Positions 9,038-18,093 of a stretch of DNA of 42,510 bases are shown here, in pieces. Within the stretch, counting starts at the first letter, position 1, and each line of letters opens with the position of its first letter. The stretch lies in the NCBI GenBank assembly GCA_006226225.1, contig SBHI01000055.1, positions 1 to 42,510 of the forward strand, read 5' to 3'. The notes under the pieces are model-generated. The model made no database searches, was not told the DNA's origin, and worked only from the letters and a program-made list of their open reading frames with translations. Both the position numbers and the translations under genes were made by a program. The stretch is from Alphaproteobacteria bacterium (GTDB lineage: Bacteria; Pseudomonadota; Alphaproteobacteria; Micavibrionales; CSBR16-224).

Positions 9038-10279
9038 ATGAAAAAAAATATCGTTACGACGGGAATGCTACTGGCGACAATTGTTTTCCCGTTATCAGTG
9101 CAGGCGTCACCTGCGGAAATGCTGAAAGATGGAAAATTATACGGGGATATCCGCTACCGTTACGAGCATGTCGATGATGATGCCTTCGTTAAAGATTCCG
9201 GAGCGTCGACAATCCGTACAAAACTGGGCTATACGACGGCGGAATATCAAAATTTTCAGGGCAGCGCGGAACTGGAATGGGTTGAGAATATCGGTACGCG
9301 CCGTCATAACGACACGGTGAACGGAAAAGGCACATATCCGGTCATTGCGGATCCGACTGTTTTTAATTTAAACGAGCTGTGGCTGTCTTATAAAGGCGTA
9401 CCGGACAGCTCCGTTAAAATCGGACGCCAGCGTATTAATCTTGATAACCAGCGTTTTGTCGGCGCGGTTGCCTGGCGTCAAAATGATCAGGTTTTCGATT
9501 CCGTCGTGCTGCAAAACAGCAGTTTGCCGAAAACGAATATTTTTTACAGTTATATTGACCGCGTGCACCGTATTTTCAGCCGACATCACCCTTTGGGAGA
9601 AAGCGGAAGCAAAGCGCATCTGGGGCAAGTCTCCTATAATCATGCGACATGGCTGAAAGCAACAGCTTACGGCTATCTGATTGATATGGACAGATTGCCC
9701 GGCTTGGCATCAAAGACATACGGATTGAGATTGACGGGGGATATTCCGTTGCAAAACCGTGATTTCGCACTGTTTTACGAGGCGGAAGCGGCAACGCAGA
9801 GTGATTATGGCCGTAATCCGGCGAATTACCGGGAAGACTATTACCATACCGCACTGGGTGTGAAACAGGGCGGGTTTTCGGTGAAAGCCGGTTTCGAGTC
9901 ACTTGGCGGAAATGGTGTCAATGCGCTGCAAACACCGCTGGCGACATTGCATGCACATAACGGATGGGCCGATAAATTTCTAGTAACACCGGTGATGGGG
10001 CTGGAAGATTTTTACGGCAAAATCTCTTATAAGATCGGAGAGAAAGGCAAAGCCTTTGCAGGAACGAAAATTGATTTCCATCTCCACCGTTTCGGTCCGG
10101 AAAACGGCAGCGGTTTTTACGGTAGCGAGTGGAATGCGCAAATCGGCCGTGACTTCGATCTTCCAGAAGGCATGGGGCTGAAAAAATATACGCTTGCTTT
10201 GAAATATGCCGATTATCATGCGAAAGGGATGTTTGCCGACACGCAGAAAATCTGGCTGACAATCGGAACAAAATTTTAA
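9038..10279 (+). CDS. Outer-membrane beta-barrel of the alginate-export (AlgE-like) porin family
   Basis: The ATG at 9038 has GGAGGG 6 nt upstream. It has a signal peptide (ending VQA/SP), and the motifs GDIRYRYE and GRQRINLDNQRFVGAVAWRQNDQVFD are typical of this family. It ends in F. Confidence 0.7.
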   Translation: MKKNIVTTGMLLATIVFPLSVQASPAEMLKDGKLYGDIRYRYEHVDDDAFVKDSGASTIRTKLGYTTAEYQNFQGSAELEWVENIGTRRHNDTVNGKGTYPVIADPTVFNLNELWLSYKGVPDSSVKIGRQRINLDNQRFVGAVAWRQNDQVFDSVVLQNSSLPKTNIFYSYIDRVHRIFSRHHPLGESGSKAHLGQVSYNHATWLKATAYGYLIDMDRLPGLASKTYGLRLTGDIPLQNRDFALFYEAEAATQSDYGRNPANYREDYYHTALGVKQGGFSVKAGFESLGGNGVNALQTPLATLHAHNGWADKFLVTPVMGLEDFYGKISYKIGEKGKAFAGTKIDFHLHRFGPENGSGFYGSEWNAQIGRDFDLPEGMGLKKYTLALKYADYHAKGMFADTQKIWLTIGTKF

Positions 10280-10302
10280 ATAATATTTTTGCTGTAGATA
10301 AA

Positions 10303-10339
10303 TTTTCAGCCCCCGAAGCACAGATACGGGGGCTGAAAA
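10303..10339. terminator. Perfect 12-bp stem hairpin TTTTCAGCCCCC-(13 nt)-GGGGGCTGAAAA downstream of the porin gene
   Basis: Read directly. The T/A runs are part of the stem rather than a free U-tail, so it is atypical as an intrinsic terminator. Confidence 0.4.
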
Positions 10340-10443
10340 CGATGTAGTTAAGGAGACATAGGTTATTTATACGTTATACTAAGAGTCTGTTTTCAAGAAA
10401 CCACTCTATAAGAAATTATACCACAAGATCAGGGTGCTTTATC

Positions 10444-10457
10444 TTGACCCAGATCAA
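10444..10457. promoter_or_regulatory. FNR/Dnr-type box TTGACCCAGATCAA upstream of the VOC gene
   Basis: One mismatch to TTGAT-N4-ATCAA. Its centre is about 50 bp upstream of the ATG at 10500. Confidence 0.4.
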
Positions 10458-10499
10458 ATATGGCACAGCTTGTTCCGGCTCATGCAAAAGGAGAAAGAA

Positions 10500-10889
10500 A
10501 TGCTGACAATATTATATGTGTCAGATCAAAAAACCAGTAAAGAGTTTTACGAGAAGGTGTTGAATATGGCACCTGTGCTGGATGTGCCGGGTATGACGGA
10601 ATTTAAGCTGGGTGGTGATTGCTCTTTGGGGTTGATGCCTGAAAAAGGCATCAAAAAACTTTTAGGCGATGCGCTACCCGATCCTGCCGGTGCGAAAGGC
10701 GTGCCGCGTGCGGAATTGTACCTAACCTTTAATGACCCCGCGGCTTACCACAAGCGGGCGCTGGATGCGGGGGCAAAAGAGCTTAGCCCGTTACAGTCCC
10801 GCGACTGGGGAGATGATGTCGCTTACGCGTTAGATCCTGATGGGCATGTATTGGCCTTCGCACGTAAAACAAAACCACATACGCCGTAA
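10500..10889 (+). CDS. VOC (glyoxalase/bleomycin-resistance/dioxygenase) family protein, 129 aa
   Basis: The ATG at 10500 has AGGAG 6 nt upstream. It is a small beta-alpha-beta-beta-beta type sequence (ILYVSDQKTSKEFYEKVL ... DPDGHVLAF). Confidence 0.6.
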   Translation: MLTILYVSDQKTSKEFYEKVLNMAPVLDVPGMTEFKLGGDCSLGLMPEKGIKKLLGDALPDPAGAKGVPRAELYLTFNDPAAYHKRALDAGAKELSPLQSRDWGDDVAYALDPDGHVLAFARKTKPHTP

Positions 10890-10912
10890 TGAAAGCGGAT
10901 TGCTGCGCACAT

Positions 10913-12082
10913 CTAGTATTTGCAGGGTGAGGATTGACTTGTTTTTACCTCGGAATGACAGTCATGAGGTGCATCCCTCCATTCTTGCAGGAAGTGGTCG
11001 ATATGCGTTTTTGTGACATGCGGCATACAAATCAGATGTGCGTCTGTTCCCTGTGTAGCGATTTGCCATTTTTTTAAAACCGCATCGTTTTGGCGCGGAA
11101 AAACAATGGTCAGGGAGTTCTTGTGCCTCCATGCCTTGATGCCCTGACGGGAGAAGGATTCGATTGTATAATCGGCAACGGTCTGGCATTGCGCAACAAT
11201 CGCGCGAAGACCTTCTACGCCGAGTGTCTGAATAACATACCATAAATAAAGCGGGGCAATACCACTGCGCGACCCGGCAATCGTCATGTCATTTGTGCCG
11301 ATATATTCAACGGCGCGGGCGATGCGTTCGGTATGGCTGCGCCGCGCCAGTACAACGCCGCAGGGCATGGGCGATCCTGGCATTTTGTGACCGCTGATGG
11401 CAATGGAATCAATGCCAGCGGCAAAGTCAAATGGCTGCGCCTCTTCGGCAAAGGGAAGAATTATACCGGAAAGTGCGGCATCGGCATGGATGTAATAGCG
11501 GTGCAGGGCGTGATTTTTTAAAACGGTTTTGATGGCATCAAGATTATCAATGGCACCGCGCATGGTTGTGCCGATATTGGCAAAAATGATCGGCGGCGAG
11601 TCGCGGTGAATGGAAAGTGTTCCCGCCAGATCGTCATAATCCATTTCGCCATCCGGCCGGCTTTTGACCATGATGCTGCGGGCACCGACAAGGCGCAGGA
11701 TTTTTGCGATACTGTAATGTGTGTCTTCCGAATAATAGACAATGCCTCCGGGCAGAAATTCGCGTGCCAGATACATGCCGTACATATTGCCTTCGGTGCC
11801 GCCGCTGGTGACGTAACCCCAGACATCATCTTCAGGCGCATGCAGGATGGATTTAAACCATGCAATCACATCCCGTTCGAAGTCATGAGTGTTAATTCTG
11901 TAGGAGCTGGGGGCAAAAGGGTCGCCGATATTATTGAAAGACGAATCCATAAACGGTAGCAGCGGCGAAAAATCAAGCAGATGCGTCGCCGGATAGCCGA
12001 GCATATGGGCGGCCTCGTCTTTGGTACGTTTCAGTAATGCGTCAAGGCGCAGTTTATCCTGCGGCGGCAGCGCGTTGTTCAT
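10913..12082 (-). CDS. hdc: PLP-dependent histidine decarboxylase (group II decarboxylase)
   Basis: It closely resembles Gram-negative HDC as I remember it. Matching segments are WGYVTSGGTEGNMYG, PIIFANIGTTMRGAIDN, HADAALSG, and SGHKMPGSPMPCGVV with the PLP lysine. The ATG at 12082 has GGAGGG upstream and overlaps the ubiV 3' end by 29 nt. Confidence 0.88.
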   Translation of the reverse strand: MNNALPPQDKLRLDALLKRTKDEAAHMLGYPATHLLDFSPLLPFMDSSFNNIGDPFAPSSYRINTHDFERDVIAWFKSILHAPEDDVWGYVTSGGTEGNMYGMYLAREFLPGGIVYYSEDTHYSIAKILRLVGARSIMVKSRPDGEMDYDDLAGTLSIHRDSPPIIFANIGTTMRGAIDNLDAIKTVLKNHALHRYYIHADAALSGIILPFAEEAQPFDFAAGIDSIAISGHKMPGSPMPCGVVLARRSHTERIARAVEYIGTNDMTIAGSRSGIAPLYLWYVIQTLGVEGLRAIVAQCQTVADYTIESFSRQGIKAWRHKNSLTIVFPRQNDAVLKKWQIATQGTDAHLICMPHVTKTHIDHFLQEWRDAPHDCHSEVKTSQSSPCKY

Positions 12083-12992
12083 CTTCCCTCCATTGATGCC
12101 CCGGTTTTTTGTAGAAAAAACCGTTACTGAACGGTGCATTGATTTTCAACTGCTCTAGACGCGCCTGTCCTTCCTGTGCGGAAATGTGTTTGTCCAGAAC
12201 ATCTGCAAAGGCGCGGATGACAGCGGTCATATCGCATGTATGCGGCGAAATGCGCAGATGGGTGACCCCCATCCGTGCAAGGGCATCCGTTTCGTTGATT
12301 AGATTGAGATAGCTGAAAGACAGCGTCTGGATACCGTTGATGGATAGGAAAGGTCGCCCGGTCAAGGTGCGGATATCCATGCCGTCTTCATCTTTTTCGC
12401 AGACGAATTGGCAATTGGCTTTGACGCAGCCATGTGCCCGCGCATGGTAACAGCGTGCAGACAGGGCGAGAGACATGCGCCCGAAAACCTGTACCTCTAC
12501 ACCGGCTTTTAATGATTGTCCCGTCTTGGCCAGCGTTTCAACCACCGTGGCGGGGATTTCCGGCGCCAGACAGAAATGATGCGCTCCTTTCTCTGTGAGA
12601 AACCGCATCGTGTCTTCACTGTAAACATTCAGCAATGAACCGATGCGGTGAGGCTGTCCTGACAGTGGCAGCAATGCCGATGCGTCATTTGCCTCAACCT
12701 CAATATGTTTTGTCTTGCAGGCACGCTTTACCAAAGCGCGGTCGCGCGGGATCATGACCTCCGATAGGGTTGAAAATACAACGGTTTTTCCGGATTTTTG
12801 TAGTTCTTTTGTGATGTCCTCGTAATGCTTTTCGAAAAACGGTGTGCGTTTTCCGCAGACCGTTTCGCCGATATAGACGGTATCAACGGATTTTTCTGCG
12901 GCGATGCGGCTGTAAAAATCGCGTTTTTTTTCTGCGGGCCAGTGAAAAAGAATAGGCCCGATAGTCAGTTTCGGAGATGTTTGTTTTGCCAT
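12054..12992 (-). CDS. ubiV: U32-family protein UbiV (O2-independent ubiquinone hydroxylation)
   Basis: It has YhbV-like sequence (GPILFHWP, LSARCYHARAH, NGIQTLS) and sits immediately after ubiU. Confidence 0.85.
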   Translation of the reverse strand: MAKQTSPKLTIGPILFHWPAEKKRDFYSRIAAEKSVDTVYIGETVCGKRTPFFEKHYEDITKELQKSGKTVVFSTLSEVMIPRDRALVKRACKTKHIEVEANDASALLPLSGQPHRIGSLLNVYSEDTMRFLTEKGAHHFCLAPEIPATVVETLAKTGQSLKAGVEVQVFGRMSLALSARCYHARAHGCVKANCQFVCEKDEDGMDIRTLTGRPFLSINGIQTLSFSYLNLINETDALARMGVTHLRISPHTCDMTAVIRAFADVLDKHISAQEGQARLEQLKINAPFSNGFFYKKPGHQWREDEQRAAAAG

Positions 12993-12998
12993 TTCTTG

Positions 12999-14009
12999 TT
13001 ATCTCCATGCCTTTGTTTTGAAGGCGCCTTGCGTTTCTTTATGCCCTTCCGTCAAAGCGAGCAGCGTATCCAGCTCAGGGAGCTGTCCTGATGCAATGGC
13101 ATCGACGGCACGGCGATAGGCGGAAACAACTTCGCGGACATAGGCGCGGCTGCGCTGCCGTCCTTCGATTTTCAAAGCACTGACACCTGCGGCAATCAGT
13201 TCGGGCAGCAGATCCGACAGATTCAAACTGACGGGTTTTTCAAAGGCATAATATCCGTCTTCACGCAGTTCGCTTGTGTATCGTCCTTTGCAGATTGTCG
13301 GATATCCGGCATTTTCTCCGCAGGAAAAACAATCAATGGTAAAGGCACCGAGTTTTGATGACAGATTACGGTTCTTGTCATGCTCGTACCGTACTTCGGA
13401 TGCGGGAGAACAGACGCCGTCCATATTGGTGGAAACACCTGTGGCATAATTGGTCAGGCTGCAGCGCCCTTCGGCCATCATACCGATATTGCCGAATACA
13501 AAAGCCTCGATCTCGCAGGGGATCTGTTCATGTATGTCTTTGATTTCCTGCACAGTCAGAATGCGCGGCAGCACAACGCGTTTGATAGCGAATTCACGAC
13601 AATAATACGAAATTGCCTCAGGTGAAGAGGCACCGGCCTGAACAGATAAATGCAATCTTTTATCGGGAAAATTCTTGGCGATATAGGCAGCGACGCCGAT
13701 ATCAGCAACAATAAAAGCATCGACACCGGCTTCTGCGCCGTCCCGTACTGCTTGCTTCCATAAATCGGTCTGTCCGGCAGGGGGGAAAGTGTTGATGACC
13801 AACAGGATTTTGGCGCCATGGGTGTGGGCGTAAAGGGCACCTTCGGCCATCTCTTCGGCAGTGAAGTTAAGCCCGGGAAAGTTCCGGGCATTGGTGGCAT
13901 TGCGGAAACCGCAATAAACGGCATCAGCCCCCGCGTCCACCGCCGTTCTTAAGGCGGCGGGGGTTCCTGCCGGACAGATAAGTTCGGGAATGCCGCTTTG
14001 GTTCATCAT
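12999..14009 (-). CDS. ubiU: U32-family protein UbiU (O2-independent ubiquinone hydroxylation)
   Basis: It is strongly YhbU-like (ELICPAG, GADAVYCGF, TNARNFPGLNF, ENAGYPTICKGRY, KIEGRQRS). Its start overlaps the ubiT stop (ATGA). Confidence 0.9.
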   Translation of the reverse strand: MMNQSGIPELICPAGTPAALRTAVDAGADAVYCGFRNATNARNFPGLNFTAEEMAEGALYAHTHGAKILLVINTFPPAGQTDLWKQAVRDGAEAGVDAFIVADIGVAAYIAKNFPDKRLHLSVQAGASSPEAISYYCREFAIKRVVLPRILTVQEIKDIHEQIPCEIEAFVFGNIGMMAEGRCSLTNYATGVSTNMDGVCSPASEVRYEHDKNRNLSSKLGAFTIDCFSCGENAGYPTICKGRYTSELREDGYYAFEKPVSLNLSDLLPELIAAGVSALKIEGRQRSRAYVREVVSAYRRAVDAIASGQLPELDTLLALTEGHKETQGAFKTKAWR

Positions 14010-14521
14010 GGTGTGCTGCGTTCCCTTTGTCTCATATCAATGCGGCGCATCAGGTTCAATGCGGCTTGACCGGCCAGCCCGAAAGATGCGGCAATATCAT
14101 CGGCAATACTCCCATCGACATCGTCGAGTGCGTTCCGCAGCGAAACAATCGCTTCCGTATCACCGTTTATCTGTAGGTCGCGTGTGAAAAAGACAGCATC
14201 GCCATCAAGACGTCCGTCCACCATGCGCAGTAGCGTTAAGAGACTGCCAGTAATGGAGGCATCAAAATGTAAGTGACGGGTATTTTTATAGGCACGAACC
14301 GATGGCTTTTGCGGGTCGGGTTTCACTAAGAATACAACCGGCATATTGGTCGGGTTCACCAAAATTGTTTTATGGCAGTTATCTCCCAGACGATCGAAAA
14401 TGCGGGGATGTGTGTGGATAATTTTTTTCACGATCCTGTTCAAAACAGGACGATAGAACAACGCTGGTGCCGGACGCAGCAGCAAACGGGGCAGATTTTT
14501 CAACATCATGCTGTGTATCAT
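14006..14521 (-). CDS. ubiT: SCP2-domain lipid-binding protein UbiT
   Basis: It has YhbT-like sequence (DAVFFTRDLQINGDTEAIVSLRNALD). The ORF-track start at 14545 is a TTG. The first ATG, at 14521, gives 171 aa, so the start is uncertain. Confidence 0.78.
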   Translation of the reverse strand: MIHSMMLKNLPRLLLRPAPALFYRPVLNRIVKKIIHTHPRIFDRLGDNCHKTILVNPTNMPVVFLVKPDPQKPSVRAYKNTRHLHFDASITGSLLTLLRMVDGRLDGDAVFFTRDLQINGDTEAIVSLRNALDDVDGSIADDIAASFGLAGQAALNLMRRIDMRQRERSTP

Positions 14522-14587
14522 TGTGAAGTGATCCGTCTTTTGCAATGTATGTGCGCTTAATATAAAACCCTTCTTGTTGGCAGAGAT

Positions 14588-14601
14588 TTGATTTGAGTCA
14601 A
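14588..14601. promoter_or_regulatory. FNR/Dnr-type box TTGATTTGAGTCAA in the ubiT / moeA divergent promoter
   Basis: One mismatch to TTGAT-N4-ATCAA. It lies between the divergent ubiTUV-hdc and moeA genes. Confidence 0.5.
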
Positions 14602-14653
14602 TTTCCGTGCAATATTCTTATCGTTTTATTGAAGGCTTGAAAGGAGTGTGGTC

Positions 14654-15880
14654 ATGATTTCATACCAAGAGGCATATGATATCGTTATCAAAGCGGCACA
14701 AGCGCGGGTAATGCGGCAAGAAATGGTCGATCTTTCCGCTATCACGGGATATATCGCTGCGGAAGATATGTCGGCACCACTTGCTATTCAACCTTTTGAT
14801 AATTCCGCCATGGACGGTTTTGCGGTTATGCGTGCAGATCTGGAAGGAGCGAATGAAAATAATGCTGCGCTGTTACGGGTGGCGGGGATGGTCGCTGCCG
14901 GAGATAATGCTGCAGCCGTTCAAATCGCACGCGGGACATGTGCACGTATCATGACGGGTGCCCCTGTGCCGGAGGGGGCGGATGCGGTTGTTCCTGTCGA
15001 GTTGACGGAAATGCGGGACGATGCTGTGGTTTTTAAAGCCTGTCCGCATTTGCATGATAATATACGGATGGCCGGTGAGGATTTTCAGGTGGGAGATAAT
15101 GTCCTGACAAAGGGACAAAAACTTTCCGCTGCGCATATTCTGCCTTTAGCCAGTCTTGGTATCGGACAGGTCAAGGTTTTTAGCAGAGCCCGTGCCGCCT
15201 TTCTGGCAACAGGTAAAGAACTGGTCGATGATTTGACGCAGCCGCTGCCGGAAGGTCAGATCTATAATACAAACGGCCCTTATGGCGTGGCGGTTCTGAA
15301 AACGCTGGGGGCGGACTGTGTCGTCTCCAGTACGATACCGGATGAAGAAGAGGCGTTTATCAAAACACTTGAAGCGCTGATGGCGCAGGATCTGGATCTT
15401 GTTATTTCCAGCGGTGCGGTTTCTGCCGGAGAGTTTGATTTTGTGAAGGCGGGACTGGAGAAAATCGGTGCGGAGATTCTGTTTCACAAAGTCAGAATGA
15501 AACCCGGAAAACCAAATCTTTTTGCCCGTTTGCCGAATGGGAGTCTGTATTTCGGTCTGCCGGGGAATCCCGCTGCAACTGCCGTGGGACTTCGTTTTTT
15601 TGTTGCGCCTGCATTGCGTGCGATGACAGGGCAGGCGCGCGAGATATCCTCCTTTGCAATTGCGGAAACACCCTTTAAGAAAAAGCCCGGCCTATCCATG
15701 TTTCTGAAAGCGGTGCAGTATATTGATGACGAGGGTCGTCTGCGGGTGTCGTTTGCTGATGGGCAGCAATCCTTTATGGTACATCCATTCTTGACCGCCA
15801 ACGCCTGGGCAGTTGTGCCGGAAGAGGCAACGGAAATCAGGGCGGAGGAGAGGGCCGAAATTTATCCTTTATTTTCCTGA
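14654..15880 (+). CDS. moeA: Molybdopterin molybdotransferase
   Basis: The ATG at 14654 has AAGGAG 7 nt upstream. The sequence is typical MoeA (FDNSAMDGFAV, MTGAPVP, SGAVSAGEFDF, KPGKP). Confidence 0.93.
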   Translation: MISYQEAYDIVIKAAQARVMRQEMVDLSAITGYIAAEDMSAPLAIQPFDNSAMDGFAVMRADLEGANENNAALLRVAGMVAAGDNAAAVQIARGTCARIMTGAPVPEGADAVVPVELTEMRDDAVVFKACPHLHDNIRMAGEDFQVGDNVLTKGQKLSAAHILPLASLGIGQVKVFSRARAAFLATGKELVDDLTQPLPEGQIYNTNGPYGVAVLKTLGADCVVSSTIPDEEEAFIKTLEALMAQDLDLVISSGAVSAGEFDFVKAGLEKIGAEILFHKVRMKPGKPNLFARLPNGSLYFGLPGNPAATAVGLRFFVAPALRAMTGQAREISSFAIAETPFKKKPGLSMFLKAVQYIDDEGRLRVSFADGQQSFMVHPFLTANAWAVVPEEATEIRAEERAEIYPLFS

Positions 15881-16644
15881 TCTTTTCCCATGGGGCAAGT
15901 GAAACACTCATCTTTTGGGTGGGTACGGCACAGGCTTTCCGCATCGCTATCACAATAATGACACAGGACATAAGCATCACGCATTTTGATGGTATTATCT
16001 TCAAAACTGATTCCCTGTTGTTTCAGCTTTTGCAATGTGCGTGAAAAGGTTTCAGGGGTCATCCCCAGATAATTGGCAATGGCGGATTTTTGGAACGGCA
16101 AGGTGAATTCCATATTATCATGACCGTTTTCCAAATGTTTCAGTAGGAAATAATATCCCAGCCTCTGGGTGGGGTTTTTGATATGCATTGAATCAATTTG
16201 GTGCATAGCGTTTTTGTAGTGATAGGACACAATCCTCAGAAGGTTATTCGCAAATTGCGTATCACTTAGTACGGTTTTACGGACAATATCAACCGGTATT
16301 AAGAGGAGTTTAGCATCGCTGGCTACTTGCACGGCGATCGGGGAGTCGCCTTCCATAAAAATGACGGCTTCCATACATGTTTCACCGGGACGCAGTAGAC
16401 GTAAAGTCGCTTCACGGCCATGTTCATCTTGACGGAGTGTTTTCACAGTTCCATCGACGATAAAGTAGAGATATTCCGGTTTATCACCTTGTTGCACCAG
16501 CAGTCGTCCTTGCGGGAAGTGCTGTAAGACAGAGTAATTTAGCAGTTTCTGGAGAACGTCTTCGCTCAAATTATAAAAGATTTGAGGGGTGCCGCTTTTG
16601 CGGTTCAGGCTGGTCGGCCATATATCACTTTTGGTTAGCGGCAT
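15862..16644 (-). CDS. Crp/Fnr-family transcription factor with a C-terminal Cys cluster (C-x2-C-x7-C-x7-C-x2-C)
   Basis: It has a cNMP-binding-like domain, then a helix-turn-helix with the ETFSR (E--SR) recognition motif, then the tail CHYCDSDAESLCRTHPKDECFTCP. There are no N-terminal Cys residues. Its 3' end overlaps moeA by 19 nt. Confidence 0.85.
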   Translation of the reverse strand: MPLTKSDIWPTSLNRKSGTPQIFYNLSEDVLQKLLNYSVLQHFPQGRLLVQQGDKPEYLYFIVDGTVKTLRQDEHGREATLRLLRPGETCMEAVIFMEGDSPIAVQVASDAKLLLIPVDIVRKTVLSDTQFANNLLRIVSYHYKNAMHQIDSMHIKNPTQRLGYYFLLKHLENGHDNMEFTLPFQKSAIANYLGMTPETFSRTLQKLKQQGISFEDNTIKMRDAYVLCHYCDSDAESLCRTHPKDECFTCPMGKDQENKG

Positions 16645-16700
16645 GTAGAAGACACTCTCAGAAATTTTTTTTATTAAATATGAACCATTATATGAATGGG

Positions 16701-16714
16701 TTGATCTGGATCAA
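16701..16714. promoter_or_regulatory. Perfect FNR-type box TTGATCTGGATCAA between the fnr-like gene and narK1
   Basis: An exact TTGAT-N4-ATCAA palindrome in the 111-bp divergent intergenic region. Confidence 0.6.
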
Positions 16715-16755
16715 GTTGGAAAAGGAAGAATGGTGTAAAAAAGAAGAAAAAAATA

Positions 16756-18072
16756 ATGGAGGGTCGAAAAATCATGTCGAAAATTAAAGAAAAAGGCCAG
16801 GCACGCGCACTTTGGATTAGTACATTCGCCTTTACTGTCTGTTTCGCAGTATGGACGATTTTTTCTATTATTGGCGTGCAGATCAAAGCAGATTTAGGGC
16901 TGAATGATACTGAATTCGGGCTTTTGATCGGTACCCCTATTTTGACAGGCTCTCTTAGCCGCATCTTTATTGGTATCTGGACGGATCAATACGGTGGGCG
17001 CATTGTATATACGATTATTATGCTGCTTGCAGCAATTGCCACATGGTTCTTGAGCTTTGCTGAAACATATGTGGAATTTTTAATTGCAGCTTTGGGTGTC
17101 GGTATTTCCGGCGGCTCCTTTGCTGCAGGTATTGCTTATGTGTCGAAATGGTATCCCAAAGAACAGCAGGGAACGGCCTTGGGTATTTTCGGTGCCGGTA
17201 ATGTCGGTGCTGCTGTAACGAAGTTTTGTGCACCTTTTGTGATGGTGGCTATGGGATGGATTGCGGTGGCGCATATTTGGGCGGGCGTTATGTTTGTTAC
17301 AGCTATTATTTTCTGGCTCACGACAGAAGATGATCCTGACCTTAAAGAAAGACGCAAAAAAGGTGTGAAAGCCGCCGGCATGTGGCTGCAGATGAAACCG
17401 CTTCAGAAACTACAGGTCTGGCGCTTCTCGCTTTACTACTTCTTTGTATTTGGTGCTTTTGTTGCGCTGGCGTTGTGGCTGCCACGCTATCTGACCGGTG
17501 TCTATGACCTGGATATTAAGTCGGCGGGTATGATCGCCGCTATCTACTCAATACCGGCCAGCCTCTTCCGGATGCTGGGAGGGTGGTTATCTGACAAATA
17601 TGGTGCCCGTACGGTGATGTACTGGACATTTATCATGTCTGTTGTATGTGCCTTCTTCTTGTCTTATCCGACGACTCATTATGTGGTTGAAGGTATTGAC
17701 CGCGATATTTCTTTCACCATCTCGATGGGACTGCCGGTCTTTATTGTGCTGATCTTTGTGCTGGGCTTTTTTATGTCACTTGGAAAAGCGGCCGTCTACA
17801 AACACATCCCGGTTTATTATCCGGATCATGTCGGTTCGGTTGGCGGTCTTGTCGGTATGATCGGCGGTCTGGGTGGGTTTATTCTGCCGATTATGTTCGG
17901 GATTATGAACGACCTGACGCATGTCTGGACAAGCTGTTTCATGCTGCTGTTTGCACTGGTCGCCGTTGCTCTGACATGGATGCATTTCGCGATCCGCATC
18001 ATGGAGCGGAGGGCGCATCCGGAACTGAAAGAGCCAGCTTATCTTCCCGAATTGTCCGGTAAGAAGAAATAA
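16756..18072 (+). CDS. narK: MFS nitrate/nitrite transporter (NarK1-type)
   Basis: It is a 12-TM MFS protein of the NNP family and the first gene of the nar cluster. An alternative ATG lies at 16774. Confidence 0.88.
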   Translation: MEGRKIMSKIKEKGQARALWISTFAFTVCFAVWTIFSIIGVQIKADLGLNDTEFGLLIGTPILTGSLSRIFIGIWTDQYGGRIVYTIIMLLAAIATWFLSFAETYVEFLIAALGVGISGGSFAAGIAYVSKWYPKEQQGTALGIFGAGNVGAAVTKFCAPFVMVAMGWIAVAHIWAGVMFVTAIIFWLTTEDDPDLKERRKKGVKAAGMWLQMKPLQKLQVWRFSLYYFFVFGAFVALALWLPRYLTGVYDLDIKSAGMIAAIYSIPASLFRMLGGWLSDKYGARTVMYWTFIMSVVCAFFLSYPTTHYVVEGIDRDISFTISMGLPVFIVLIFVLGFFMSLGKAAVYKHIPVYYPDHVGSVGGLVGMIGGLGGFILPIMFGIMNDLTHVWTSCFMLLFALVAVALTWMHFAIRIMERRAHPELKEPAYLPELSGKKK

Positions 18073-18093
18073 TATTACAGGAAAGGTTTTGTT

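Noticed and set aside
12083-12139. Longer hdc start (ATG at 12139, 408 aa) given by the ORF track
   Set aside because: The extra 19 residues (MHRSVTVFSTKNRGINGGK) have no counterpart in HDCs as I remember them. The internal ATG at 12082 has a strong GGAGGG SD and gives an N-terminus similar to known HDCs.
16674-16964. 96-aa minus-strand ORF across the fnr-like/narK1 promoter and the narK1 5' end
   Set aside because: It overlaps the perfect FNR box and runs antisense to narK1. Its product has a poly-Phe, low-complexity sequence and is spurious.
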